A stretch of DNA of 64,000 nt from Candidatus Cloacimonadota bacterium (GTDB lineage Bacteria; Muiribacteriota; UBA6191). Made by a program: the position numbers and the translations under genes. This document shows, one piece after another, positions 31,734 through 42,400 of the stretch. The stretch's first letter is position 1; every line of letters starts with the position of its first letter. Below the pieces are notes generated by a model. The model searched no databases and was not told the origin of the DNA. It worked only from the letters and a program-made list of their open reading frames with translations. Where the stretch lies: the NCBI GenBank assembly GCA_023954715.1, contig JAGSHD010000001.1, positions 364,468 to 428,467 on the forward strand, written 5' to 3'.

Positions 31734-32342
31734 TCATTGTTTCCATTTACGCATTCTGTGGATAACTTGCTGCCTTGAAAGCCCAAGTAGTTTACCCGCT
31801 TTTGTTTGATTATTATTACATCGCTCAAGAGCTTGAGCTAAAAGATCATTTAAAAGCTCTTCCACATTTAAGCCATTCTTTGGCAACACAAAAGATTGCT
31901 CCGTAAAATCACTGTTTTTTATAGACGCCTCTAACACATTGGTCTTTTGCAAAAGTAATTGTCTTAGCTTTTTATTTTCGCTACGTAAGTCCCAATCGCT
32001 TTTTGCTAGATCTATTGTTCGGAGTAGCTTTGCTGCTTCAAATGGTTTAGTCAGGTAGTCAAATGCACTTAGTTTGGTAGCTTTGACAATTGATTTTACA
32101 TCATCATAAGCTGTCAAAACAACAATTGGACAAGGCATATTTCCATCCAAACTCTCCAATACTTGTAGACCATTTAACTTTGGCATATTTAAGTCTAAAA
32201 CACATACATCAAAATCGTTTGAAATCTCATCCAAACAAGCTTTACCATCAAATACTACTGTAACTTGATGATCATTACTCTCCAATTGTATCTGAAGAAC
32301 TCTAGACAAAGACTGATCATCATCAGCGATTAAAATACGCAT
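31734..32342 (-). CDS. Response regulator, REC domain plus Fis-type HTH
   Basis: 202 aa. REC features are ILIADDD, CVLDLNMP and TAYDD. The C-terminal segment LLGLSRQQVIHRMRKWK matches HTH_8. Confidence 0.75.
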   Translation of the reverse strand: MRILIADDDQSLSRVLQIQLESNDHQVTVVFDGKACLDEISNDFDVCVLDLNMPKLNGLQVLESLDGNMPCPIVVLTAYDDVKSIVKATKLSAFDYLTKPFEAAKLLRTIDLAKSDWDLRSENKKLRQLLLQKTNVLEASIKNSDFTEQSFVLPKNGLNVEELLNDLLAQALERCNNNQTKAGKLLGLSRQQVIHRMRKWKQ

Positions 32343-32352
32343 AATTATCTCT

Positions 32353-33462
32353 TTATAGGCTTACTTTATGTTTGCCACCATCACTAAATTCAAACTCTTT
32401 TGGAAAACTCATTTCAAAGCAAGTTGGCTCACTTGTATTTTTCAAGATCAACACTCCACCTAACTGACTCATTAATTCAGAAGATATAGCTAATCCTAAT
32501 CCATTTCCATCTTGTTTACTAGTGTAAAAGAAATCAAAAATGACATCTTTATTTTTATTTTCAACTCCAATACCATCATCTAAAACTTCAATACAATATT
32601 GATTATTTAAACTAGATAAATCAACTTTCACAAATCTATTTGCAGCATCTATAGCATTTAAGATCAAGTTTAGTAATACCTGTTGAACCATATTACTAGG
32701 GCCATTGTATATCATATTTTTTTCTGAAAAGAATAGTTCAATTTTTATATTTTTATTTTTACATTGAACTTGAAGTAATTTAATCAAATCAGAACAAAGA
32801 TCAACTAAATTTATCTGAGTAAAGTCTACTTTTTCATCTCGACTTAAACGTAAAAAGGTATCTAAGATCTTTTTAATTCTAGAGATTTCTTTTGATGCGA
32901 TCTCAACTAGCTCTTCTTGGTGATCTAATTTTGTTTCATCTTTTAATATTATATCCAAAATTCCTTTTAAAGATGCCAAGGGGTTTCTTATTTCGTGAGA
33001 AATACCGGCCCCTAAGAGTCCTATAGCATGAATTTTTTCATTTTTCTTTAGGGTATCTTGGGCTGTCATCAGAGTCTCTGTCTGTACTCTTAGGCTATTG
33101 TTACTTTGATTTAACTCTTTGATTAGCTTTTTTTGATAAGATGAATAAGCCCCAGTTATAACTGCAATCACAAAATACAAAACAAGCTCTAAACTCTTGT
33201 CCGTATTTTTTACAAAATAATCTGCTCCCCAGTCAAAGTGTAAATGAGGAAAATACAATACAGCACAACTAAACGCGGCCAACAATGCCCCTTTTAACCC
33301 AAAGCGAAATGCCCCTAACAAAATGGGTAAATAATAGAGTTTTCGATATACAGCATGCAATGGAGTATGATGTGTATGAGTACCATAATGTAGTGAAGTG
33401 GTAAACAAAATCATGGCTGCAATAGCCACTATCCAAACTCTATTTGTATTAAATTTTTGCAT
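32353..33462 (-). CDS. Sensor histidine kinase (membrane)
   Basis: 369 aa. The N-terminal TM helices precede the H-box HEIRNPLASLKG, and the N/G1/G2 boxes (NLILNAIDA, DDGIGV, GNGLGL). Confidence 0.8.
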   Translation of the reverse strand: MQKFNTNRVWIVAIAAMILFTTSLHYGTHTHHTPLHAVYRKLYYLPILLGAFRFGLKGALLAAFSCAVLYFPHLHFDWGADYFVKNTDKSLELVLYFVIAVITGAYSSYQKKLIKELNQSNNSLRVQTETLMTAQDTLKKNEKIHAIGLLGAGISHEIRNPLASLKGILDIILKDETKLDHQEELVEIASKEISRIKKILDTFLRLSRDEKVDFTQINLVDLCSDLIKLLQVQCKNKNIKIELFFSEKNMIYNGPSNMVQQVLLNLILNAIDAANRFVKVDLSSLNNQYCIEVLDDGIGVENKNKDVIFDFFYTSKQDGNGLGLAISSELMSQLGGVLILKNTSEPTCFEMSFPKEFEFSDGGKHKVSL

Positions 33463-33648
33463 CTAAACCTTTAATCAATTAATGTTCAGTCCTTAAAAAG
33501 TGTCTTTAATATTCTAGTAGATTATACGACAACTCCTACTCCTACCACCACTCGATTTTATCGTTTTTCTGAGTTTTTGGCTATTTGATTACACAATATT
33601 AAGTCAATCAATGGATTCATATAATCCCATACTAAAAGTATTTTTCAA

Positions 33649-34002
33649 TTGTTTACTAAGCTTTCAATTGATAAGATTAAAAATATTGAACCCACTAGAG
33701 ATAAAATGATTTCAAATAAAAACCATCTACTAAGTATAATAGTCACACTTGTCTTTGCAATTTTTTATTGCTTCTATTTAAGTTTGTGGTTTTTATACAC
33801 AGACTCATATACCAGTGAAGCAAATATTCATGCACTATATAATCCACTACTCTCTTCACTTAAAATTTTTGAAGCCAATGGACTGGGTTATTTCACTTAT
33901 TGTTTAAGTGTATTTTATGACTTAAGCTTTTACCCGTCTGCTAGTATAATCTTCCCGATATATATATATATATATATTAAATCTAGCTCCATTTTTCATT
34001 GA
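33649..34002 (+). pseudogene. 5' portion of a polytopic membrane-protein gene, interrupted at an (AT)10 tract
   Basis: The frame-1 ORF (117 aa, hydrophobic) runs through the AT tract and stops at 34000-34002. The +1 frame is open from 33950 to 35743. See the findings. Confidence 0.45.
33958..33977. repeat. (AT)10 dinucleotide microsatellite inside a coding region
   Basis: atatatatatatatatatat at 33958-33977, read as IYIYIYI in both relevant frames. Confidence 0.9.
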
Positions 34003-34102
34003 TTATCCTTGGCTAATCAATGTTGCTTTAAGCTTATTTTTAGTTGTCATTCCACTTATTGTATTTTACGATTCTCCAAAAAGAGTATTTGTATTTTTAT
34101 TA

Positions 34103-35743
34103 TTGATATTCTCTTTTCCACTTACACAAATTGCTTTAAAAGGTTTTTCTATCCACGCGTGGGTTATTGTATTACTCACATTGGCTATTTTTACTTACGA
34201 TAAATACAAAAGTAAAAAAAGCACTCTGTATTTAGTACTTTTTATCTTTTTTGGAATTTTAAGCTGTTCTTTAAAACACTTAGGAGTAATCTATTTTACG
34301 GTGTTTTTATATGTACAATTAGTTGATAATTATTTACATAACAAAAATCAACGGCTTTTACTCTTTTCAAGCTTTTTCATTTTGAGTATAAGTGCTTTAT
34401 TTTATCCAATTTCTGAAACTGTGAATTATGTGGAGTTTATATTCAGACTCACACCAAAATATACAATTACTAATTTGCTTCTTTTAATGATAGTTTTACT
34501 TTCTATCTCTCTATTATTTTTTAAGAAAGTCAAATTAAACTCTCCTAGAAGTAAAGATTTCATAGAGTCACCAATTTTTGTAATGAGTTTTTTTACCTTG
34601 ATTGTAACAGTAATAATTATCGCTCTTGAGTTTAGAGTTAACCCTGTAGCCTTTTATATCAGTCTAAGTATATTTACTTATTTTAACAGTTCACTTATCT
34701 ACTGCTCTATTGATCAAGACTTACAATGGATATTATTACTAGTGTGTTCACTACAAACGGCTTTGTTTTTGTATTTGTTTGCACCTTTTACCGAATTCTT
34801 TCTACTACCTGTCTTCATCTTATTTTATTTATTATCTAAAGGACTAAAGTCCAAAATCTTTATAGCTTTTTTAATAATCATTAATTTGTTCGTTAGTAAC
34901 TGTTTCATGGCTAAAAAAGATTTAACCATTAAATTATTTTTCTATAGTTATACTTGGCAACCCCTCACATGGAAAAAAACAAAAATGTCATCTCTCCAAA
35001 ATGCTATAAAGAGACAACTTAGATATAGATTGCCTAACAACGAAATTATGTTTGGATTCATTTCGAATTTATATTTTTCAACTAAAATGGAGTTTAACTG
35101 GAACCCCTACTATAGCTTTATTGAATTACCTGATTCCTATGAAGATTTATTAATTATGAATGATGATAAAATGACAGCTGGATTTAAAAAACTAGTTGAA
35201 TCTGGAGATTTATCAATTTTTATTGATGTACTCAAATCTTGGGACGAATATGTTGATATTGATTCCGTTCTTAAAAAAGCTAGGAATAATATTAAAGAGG
35301 CGTATACACCTAATTATATCTCCCGACATCAAAATCTATCGCAAAAGTTTACTGCTTTTTTAGATAGTAATCCACATTACCAAAACTATTACGACATTAT
35401 TTTACTACCTAGTTTAGACCCTATAGTTAAATTGTATATTCATAAAAAAAATAAGAACTATAAAATGGGAATTGAAGAAAGAAGCATTCAAAGAGCAGCT
35501 ATTATAGCTTTATTTACCAAAACATTTCAAAGTCTTAGCTTAGATGTTGAAAAGGATCAAAACAACTTGATAGAAGCGTTTCATTTATACAAAGCTAATG
35601 ATTATTTACAAGCCTATTTACATTTATTAAAAATTGACCCCAACATATTAAAACGGGAAGTTCATACAAAATTTTTGAAGATTTTATGGGTTCAACTGAA
35701 TAATAACGAAAGAGACAGACTTATAAATATTAGTAGCAAATAG
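34103..35743 (+). CDS. Polytopic membrane protein (about 12 TM plus a C-terminal soluble domain), 3' portion of the split gene
   Basis: 546-aa ORF from a TTG start. The frame is actually open upstream to 33950 and overlaps the AT tract. The gene is very AT-rich, with a Wzy/GT-C-like architecture; that is architectural inference only. Confidence 0.55.
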   Translation: MIFSFPLTQIALKGFSIHAWVIVLLTLAIFTYDKYKSKKSTLYLVLFIFFGILSCSLKHLGVIYFTVFLYVQLVDNYLHNKNQRLLLFSSFFILSISALFYPISETVNYVEFIFRLTPKYTITNLLLLMIVLLSISLLFFKKVKLNSPRSKDFIESPIFVMSFFTLIVTVIIIALEFRVNPVAFYISLSIFTYFNSSLIYCSIDQDLQWILLLVCSLQTALFLYLFAPFTEFFLLPVFILFYLLSKGLKSKIFIAFLIIINLFVSNCFMAKKDLTIKLFFYSYTWQPLTWKKTKMSSLQNAIKRQLRYRLPNNEIMFGFISNLYFSTKMEFNWNPYYSFIELPDSYEDLLIMNDDKMTAGFKKLVESGDLSIFIDVLKSWDEYVDIDSVLKKARNNIKEAYTPNYISRHQNLSQKFTAFLDSNPHYQNYYDIILLPSLDPIVKLYIHKKNKNYKMGIEERSIQRAAIIALFTKTFQSLSLDVEKDQNNLIEAFHLYKANDYLQAYLHLLKIDPNILKREVHTKFLKILWVQLNNNERDRLINISSK

Positions 35744-35954
35744 ACAAGCTAACTGTTTCTTTAGTCGACTATATTATCCTACTCATTTCTTCACAATCAA
35801 TCTTTTTAAAAGTAAAAACTGTTGAAATTTCAACTATATTGTTTGAAAATATACATTCCATAACCTTATATGTTCCGTTTAGCTCCCCTTTGTAGATGTA
35901 ACCGTTATAAGATAATATTTATGTAGTTTAACAAAATTTACAAAAAGGTTCATT

Positions 35955-36476
35955 ATGATAAAGATACTTCTTTTTATTCTCTCTACAAGCATTTCTATGG
36001 CTTCTGGTTCTCACATCCATACAAACATTGTGCAAAATAAAGTTCCTCAAATATATAATCAATATAAACTAAAAAATAAAGTCAAAAAACCAGCAAGTGC
36101 TGTATACCTATGTACTTGTGGCGATCAAGTTTGGAAACAAGATGCTGGAAAAATTAAAGCCTGTCCTTATTGTGGACCTGCCATGCCGAATTGCGGCTTG
36201 CTTGTAAAGGTACTGCCTAAGCGTGGTGAAAAGTATGATTGGAGTGACTATGATCTGCCCAACAAAATTTGTCCAATTAGCAACGAAGAAATAAAAAACT
36301 CTAAACATCAAGTGAAACTAGATGATAAAGCTATATTTGTTTGTTGTAAAAAATGTGTTACTAAGTTTAAGAGAGCTATTACAAAAGGTAAAGCTCATAA
36401 AAAACTGCGTAAACTCCCTCTAAAGCCTGAAAAGTTCGGTTTTATACTAAAAACTCCTAGCGAACATCAACATTAA
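35955..36476 (+). CDS. Secreted Cys-rich putative metal-binding protein (YHS-like domain)
   Basis: 173 aa with a signal peptide. A CTCGDQVW...ACPYCGPAM motif is followed by CPISNEEI...KAIFVCCKKCVTKF, which matches the YHS-domain Cys pattern. Confidence 0.5.
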   Translation: MIKILLFILSTSISMASGSHIHTNIVQNKVPQIYNQYKLKNKVKKPASAVYLCTCGDQVWKQDAGKIKACPYCGPAMPNCGLLVKVLPKRGEKYDWSDYDLPNKICPISNEEIKNSKHQVKLDDKAIFVCCKKCVTKFKRAITKGKAHKKLRKLPLKPEKFGFILKTPSEHQH

Positions 36477-36479
36477 ATT

Positions 36480-37706
36480 ATGAAACTTTTGATACTTCTA
36501 TTTTGTATAGTAAACTCTTTGATCTATGGTGATACAATTACACTTTCTTTTCTCAAAGAACAATTAATAAAAAATCATATTTCATTACAATCTGCTTCTT
36601 TACAGCTTGAGTCCGCTAAACATACGGCAAAGTCAGAAGGGTTTTTGCCCAATCCCATGCTTAAGTTTGGGCTCTTTCCTAAGGCGATTTCTACTAAAAA
36701 TGGGGATCTAAAATCTAAAGTTTCTATTAGTCAAAAACTTCCACCTAAATCACAACGACTCTCTAAAAAACGACTAGCCAATAATGCTGTTGATATCCAA
36801 AAACTTATTGTACAAAAGACTCTTCAAGATCTGCTTCTTGAACTTGAACTACAATTTTTTGAATATAAGTTTCACTTAGATAAAAAGTCTCTTTTAACAG
36901 ATAATCTTAGCTTAATCAATTCGTGGGAAAAGCTATGGGAAACTCATTACTCCCATCACAATTTTCAATATCAGCGCTTGATTCAGTTGCAACTAGATGC
37001 TCGTGAAGTTCAAGATCAAATACGAAGTATCGATGAACAAACTCCTATTTTGTTTGAGCAATTACAACAGTTAGCATGGATAAAGAGCAGTAAACCAAAA
37101 AAATTAACTTTTAAAAAAGAAGTTAGGGATGACCATTTCAACTTAGATTTGTCTAAAAATTTACAGATTCAAATGATTCAAGCACAAGCAGATGTAAAAC
37201 AATCACAAATGAAATTTGAACAATCATTTTATAAACCTAATTTTACACTAGCTAGCGAGTGGAACCAAATCGATGCTAACTCCAATAATCCAAATCAGGG
37301 AGACGATGCTTGGATGATCAGTCTTGGCGTAGATTTAGTTTTGAACAAAAGACAAGTTCAAAACAAAGTTCAATCTAAAAAACTAGCCTTTATGGCCCTT
37401 CAAAAAGCCAAACTTTATAAATCCAGACAAATTCAAATCGAGTGGAAAAAACTTATCTTTCAGTTAAATGACTCCAGAGCTCGCTATAGACTTATAAAAG
37501 ATGATTTGATTCCTAGAACTAGAGAAGCCCTAGACTCAATTCAAACTAATTATTTAACTCAAAGTAAAGGCATAGACTTTTTTTCATTGCTGAGTCATCT
37601 TAGAAAACTACTTAGTTTAAGTCTTCAAATGCAAAATCAATATAAGATCTACTTTCAATCCAAAGCAAAGATTAAACATCTCCAAAACAATGAGGTCGAC
37701 TTATGA
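36480..37706 (+). CDS. Outer-membrane efflux protein (TolC/CusC-like)
   Basis: 408 aa with a signal peptide and a coiled-coil-rich outer-membrane-factor-like sequence. It lies in an operon with the MFP and RND genes. Confidence 0.55.
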   Translation: MKLLILLFCIVNSLIYGDTITLSFLKEQLIKNHISLQSASLQLESAKHTAKSEGFLPNPMLKFGLFPKAISTKNGDLKSKVSISQKLPPKSQRLSKKRLANNAVDIQKLIVQKTLQDLLLELELQFFEYKFHLDKKSLLTDNLSLINSWEKLWETHYSHHNFQYQRLIQLQLDAREVQDQIRSIDEQTPILFEQLQQLAWIKSSKPKKLTFKKEVRDDHFNLDLSKNLQIQMIQAQADVKQSQMKFEQSFYKPNFTLASEWNQIDANSNNPNQGDDAWMISLGVDLVLNKRQVQNKVQSKKLAFMALQKAKLYKSRQIQIEWKKLIFQLNDSRARYRLIKDDLIPRTREALDSIQTNYLTQSKGIDFFSLLSHLRKLLSLSLQMQNQYKIYFQSKAKIKHLQNNEVDL

Positions 37707-39466
37707 AAAATATGTGGCTATTTTTAATTTTGGCAACAAGTCTCTATGCTAGTCAAACTCATAAAACTATAAAGGCAAATCAATCTAGTGATGTAAAACA
37801 TACAAATAAAACCTCTGATAAAGCTGTTTTTACTTGTAGTATGCATCCACAAATCCGAGCACCTCAACAAGGCAAGTGCCCTATTTGTTTTATGGATCTA
37901 ATCTCTTTAGATACAACAAATGTACTCCCTTCAGATACTATAGAGCTTAACAAGCAACAACAAAAAAACGCCAATATTTTAACATATCCTGTCCAATTTA
38001 AGCATGATCAAAAAAATCTAAATCTGTATGGCAAAGTGAAGTTGATTCCATCTAATATTTATCGTATAACAGCATGGGCTGGTGGTAGAGTTGATAAGCT
38101 ATTTGTTAACTCTATAGGACAAAAAGTAAAAAAAGGAGACCCTCTTTATCAGATTTACTCTCCAGCCTTGATCTCATCCCAACAAGAGTTAATCTCGGCT
38201 TTAAACTTGTTAAAAAACTCTAAAAAATCAAGTAGCCGATTTTTATCACTGACTACAAACCTCAAAGCCATCCGTCAAAAACTACTTTATTTAGGATTAA
38301 CCAAAAAAGACTTACAAAAAATTGAAAACAAAAATGCTCCTGCTCCACTAATAACAGTACATGCCCAACGTAGTGGAGTGGTCAAAGATGTGACAATCAA
38401 TGAAGGAGAATATGTTAAAGAAGGCGCACCTATTTTATTAATAGCTAATATGGATACACTTTGGGTAGAAGCATCGGTATATGAGGATGATATACAAACT
38501 TTACATGGTCCAATACAATCTTTAATTATCTTAGACTCTCATCCAAAAGAAGAGATTTTAGCTCAGTTTGTCAGAATTGATCCTTTTGTAAACTCCAATA
38601 CTCGATCTAGTAGAGCCATTTTTTCAATTTCAAATACGACTGGTCAATACCACGAAGGATCATTTGCTAGAGTTCAAGTGGAGTCTCATTCAAAAAAAGG
38701 GCTCTTAATTCCTCATTCATCTGCACTTTTTACGGGACAAAAAGCTGTTGTGTTCGTCAAAAATAAAAACCATTTTAAGTCGGTATTTGTTCGAGTTTTA
38801 GAAAAAACTCAATCTTATTATAGAGTTTTGGGAGATCTTAAAGAAGGAGATCAGGTCGTTGCACAAGGCACATTTAAAATTGATAGTGAGTTTCAAATTC
38901 AAGCAAAAGACTCAATGATGAGCTCTAAAGAGTTATTATCACCTTATGGCAGTAGAATCGACTTTAGAAAGCCCATTGATAAAGCGCAAGACTGGTTAAA
39001 ATTGAAAAAACCAAGTATTGACTTAAAGCAAAAGTTTGATCATATCTTAGACTCTTATATAGAGCTACATCTGAGTTTATCTGAGGACTCATTTGATGAA
39101 TCAAAAGAAATCATTGCTGAACTATCTCAAAGTTTGTTTAATATAGATCAATCCACATTAAATAGCCATGAGATACAAGTATTAAAACTAATAAATTCCT
39201 CACTAAAAAAAACTTTGACCCTAGCTAGCTCCACCAAACTATTTAAGGATCTACGAGGTGCTTTTTCACTGCTATCTCAATGGATGATAGCTTTGACTGA
39301 AAACCATTGGATTAGCCAAAATCCTGATTTAAAAAAAGTGTATTGTCCCATGGCTTTTGATAATCAAGGAGCCTATTGGGTTCAGGATGAAGACGAAGTA
39401 TTAAACCCTTATTTTGGATCCAAAATGCTAAAATGTGGCACAATCAAAGATTGGAACTTACAGTGA
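37703..39466 (+). CDS. Heavy-metal efflux RND adaptor (CusB/CzcB-like membrane fusion protein)
   Basis: 587 aa. The N-terminal heavy-metal-binding domain reads FTCSMHPQIRAPQQGKCPICFMDL. The barrel-sandwich/beta-barrel MFP core is followed by a long C-terminal extension. Confidence 0.7.
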   Translation: MKNMWLFLILATSLYASQTHKTIKANQSSDVKHTNKTSDKAVFTCSMHPQIRAPQQGKCPICFMDLISLDTTNVLPSDTIELNKQQQKNANILTYPVQFKHDQKNLNLYGKVKLIPSNIYRITAWAGGRVDKLFVNSIGQKVKKGDPLYQIYSPALISSQQELISALNLLKNSKKSSSRFLSLTTNLKAIRQKLLYLGLTKKDLQKIENKNAPAPLITVHAQRSGVVKDVTINEGEYVKEGAPILLIANMDTLWVEASVYEDDIQTLHGPIQSLIILDSHPKEEILAQFVRIDPFVNSNTRSSRAIFSISNTTGQYHEGSFARVQVESHSKKGLLIPHSSALFTGQKAVVFVKNKNHFKSVFVRVLEKTQSYYRVLGDLKEGDQVVAQGTFKIDSEFQIQAKDSMMSSKELLSPYGSRIDFRKPIDKAQDWLKLKKPSIDLKQKFDHILDSYIELHLSLSEDSFDESKEIIAELSQSLFNIDQSTLNSHEIQVLKLINSSLKKTLTLASSTKLFKDLRGAFSLLSQWMIALTENHWISQNPDLKKVYCPMAFDNQGAYWVQDEDEVLNPYFGSKMLKCGTIKDWNLQ

Positions 39467-42400
39467 AAAACCTGCAAAGTTATCTGATCTGTCACCCTCT
39501 CATCACCTTGGCTATTTTACTTTCGATTTTACTCACTGGTCTCTTTGTTTCTCCTTTTGAAAGTTCTTTTTTACCTTCAGACCTTCGAATGCCTATTGCT
39601 GTAGATGCTATTCCTGATTTGGGAGAAAACCAGCAAATTGTGTTTACTTCTTGGATGGGTAGAAGTCCCCAAGACATAGAAGATCAAATTTCTTATCCAT
39701 TATCTACCCAATTGATGGGTCTACCTGGGGTTAAAAGCATCCGAACCTTTAGTTTTTTAGGCTTTTCAACGATCTATGTGATTTTCAATGAAGATGTAGA
39801 ATTTTATTGGTCAAGATCAAGAATTATTGAAAAGTTAAACTCATTACCCAATGGCTTGTTACCTTCTGGGGTACAAGCAACTCTAGGCCCTGATGCAACT
39901 CCACTAGGTCAAATATATCTTTACATGCTTCAAGCATTTGATCAAGACGGAAACAGAGTCCCACAAGCATTTAACCTTGAAGAAAAACGTACTATTCAAG
40001 ACTTTCAAGCAAAACCCTTACTTCAATCCATTTCTGGTGTGAGTGAAGTAGCGTCCATTGGTGGTTTTGTAAAAGAGTATCAAGTTCAATTAGACCCACA
40101 AAAATTGGCGTTTTACAAAATATCATTATTAGACGTAGCAAAGTCTATAAAAACATCAAATTTAGATATTGGTGCTAAAACCATGGAGTACAATAAAGTT
40201 GAGTACTTGATTCGAGGACTAGGCTTTGTTAAAGACCAAAAAGACATTGAAAATACAGTAGTAAAAACAGATGCCGGCACCCCCCTACTTATTAAACACC
40301 TTGGGCATGTACAGTTAGTACCTGGTTTTCGTAGAGGTATTTTAGATGATGCCGGAGAAGAAGCCGTTGGGGGTATAGTAGTCGCTCGCTATGGTGAAAA
40401 CCCCATGAAAGTATTAGCAGATATCCGCTCCCATTTAAAAAAAGTTAACGATTCCTTTCCTAGTAAAACTTTAAAAAATGGTAAAAAGGTAAAACTTAAA
40501 ATTGTACCCTACTATGATCGTACAAATGTCATCCAAGAAACCATAGCTACCCTATGGCACGCTTTAACAGATGAAATGATCATAGCTTCTTTAGTTATAT
40601 TAGCTTTTTTGTTTCATACAGGAAGCTCTTTTCTATTGGCAATCATCTTACCTTTTGGCATATTGCTCACATTTATTGGTATGAAAATAATAGGGATTGA
40701 AGCCAATGTAGTAGCTTTATCCGGCATAGCTATTGCCATTGGAGTTATGGGTGACATGGGAATCGTACTCGTAGAAAATACTCAAAAAATGTTAGAAGAA
40801 AACCCCGATGAAAAATCTAGCCTGATAATTTTAAAAGCAGTGTCCCAAGTAAATATGCCAATCTTAATCGCTGCTTCTACTACGATTATTAGTTTTTTAC
40901 CTGTATTTTTTTTAACAGGTGCAGAAGGAAAACTGTTTCGTCCCTTAGCCTATACTAAAACCCTAGCCATATTATCTGCCGTCTTGATTTCGCTATTTTT
41001 ATTGCCACCTTTAAGTCGTTACCTACAGGCACTAAAATTAAAAAAAATAAATAAATTTTTGGCAATACCAATCTTTGTTTTATGTCTTTGTACGATCACA
41101 TATACCTGGTCTCCATTAGGTAATCAATCAGGCTATTTCTTCAATTTATTTTTTGTAAGCTTAGTCATTTTATCTTTGCTAATCTCTTTTTCAATATTAA
41201 AAATATATTATCTGTCTATTTTAAAAAAATGCTTAAACTACTCCAAGACTTTTTTATTCATACCCATAACTATAACTATGTTGGGGATGACTATCTGGCT
41301 TGGTGTACAAAACGTTTTTTTCTTTTTACCTGACTCCATCTTAAGCTCTACTTTATTTATGTCTTATAGCAAAAAGTTTCCTGGTCTTGGAAGCGAGTTT
41401 ATGCCTAAGTTAAAAGAGGGATCATTTTTGTATATGCCTACTTCTATGCCTCACGCTAGCGGAGAAGAAATGACAGAGGTCCTTTCTATTTTAGATCAAA
41501 AAATAGCATCTGTCCCAGAAGTAGAGTGGGCCGTTGGAAAAGCAGGACGTGCAGCTAGTGCCTTAGATCCAGCTCCCATGTCTATGATCGAAACAATTAT
41601 TCAATATCACTCTGAGTTTAAACTAGACAAAGATGGTAATCAGGCTCTTTTTTCTTTTGATTCTAAGTCGAATCAATTTATTAGAGATCAAAACAATTTA
41701 CTTATTAACGACTCAAATGGAAAACCCTATCGTAACTGGAGAAAACACATAAAAACTCCTCAAGATATATGGGATGAAATCATCAAAGTTTCGCAAATCC
41801 CTGGTACTACTTCTGCTCCTTTTTTACAACCAATCGAAGCTCGTCTTGTTATGTTACAAAGTGGTATGAGAGCTCCCATGGGGATAAAAATCATAGGAGA
41901 TGATTTGCAAACAATGGAGCAGTTTGGCTTGTATCTTGAAAAGACACTCAAAGAGGTAACTGGTGTTAAATCAAGTGCTGTATTTTCAGATCGTATCGTC
42001 GGAAAACCATACTTAGAAGTTGATTGGAATAGAGAAGAACTCGCAAGATATGGAATTTCTATTTTAGAAGCTCAAAGACATCTTGAGTGGGGAGTTGGTG
42101 GCGGGAAAATATCTGAAGTAATTGATGGTAGAAATCGTTTTGCATTAAGTCTTCGCTTTTTAAAAGACTATCGAGATAGTCCAGAAGATCTTGAAAAATT
42201 ACTAATCTCTCCTAGTGGAGGTCATACTGCTATACCCTTATCTTTACTGGCAAAAGTACACTATCGAAAAGGCCCCCAAGCGATTAAAGGAGAAGACTCT
42301 AAACTTGTAAGTTATGTTTTGTTCGACAAAGATAATAATTTTTCTGAAGGAGAAGTTATCCAGTCAATACAAGAGCATTTCAGACAAAAACAAAAATCAG

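Noticed and set aside
40277-40283. C6 homopolymer inside cusA-like coding sequence
   Set aside because: It is in frame (codes Thr-Pro-Leu) and short. There is no evidence of a frameshift, so it is unlikely to be a phase-variation tract.
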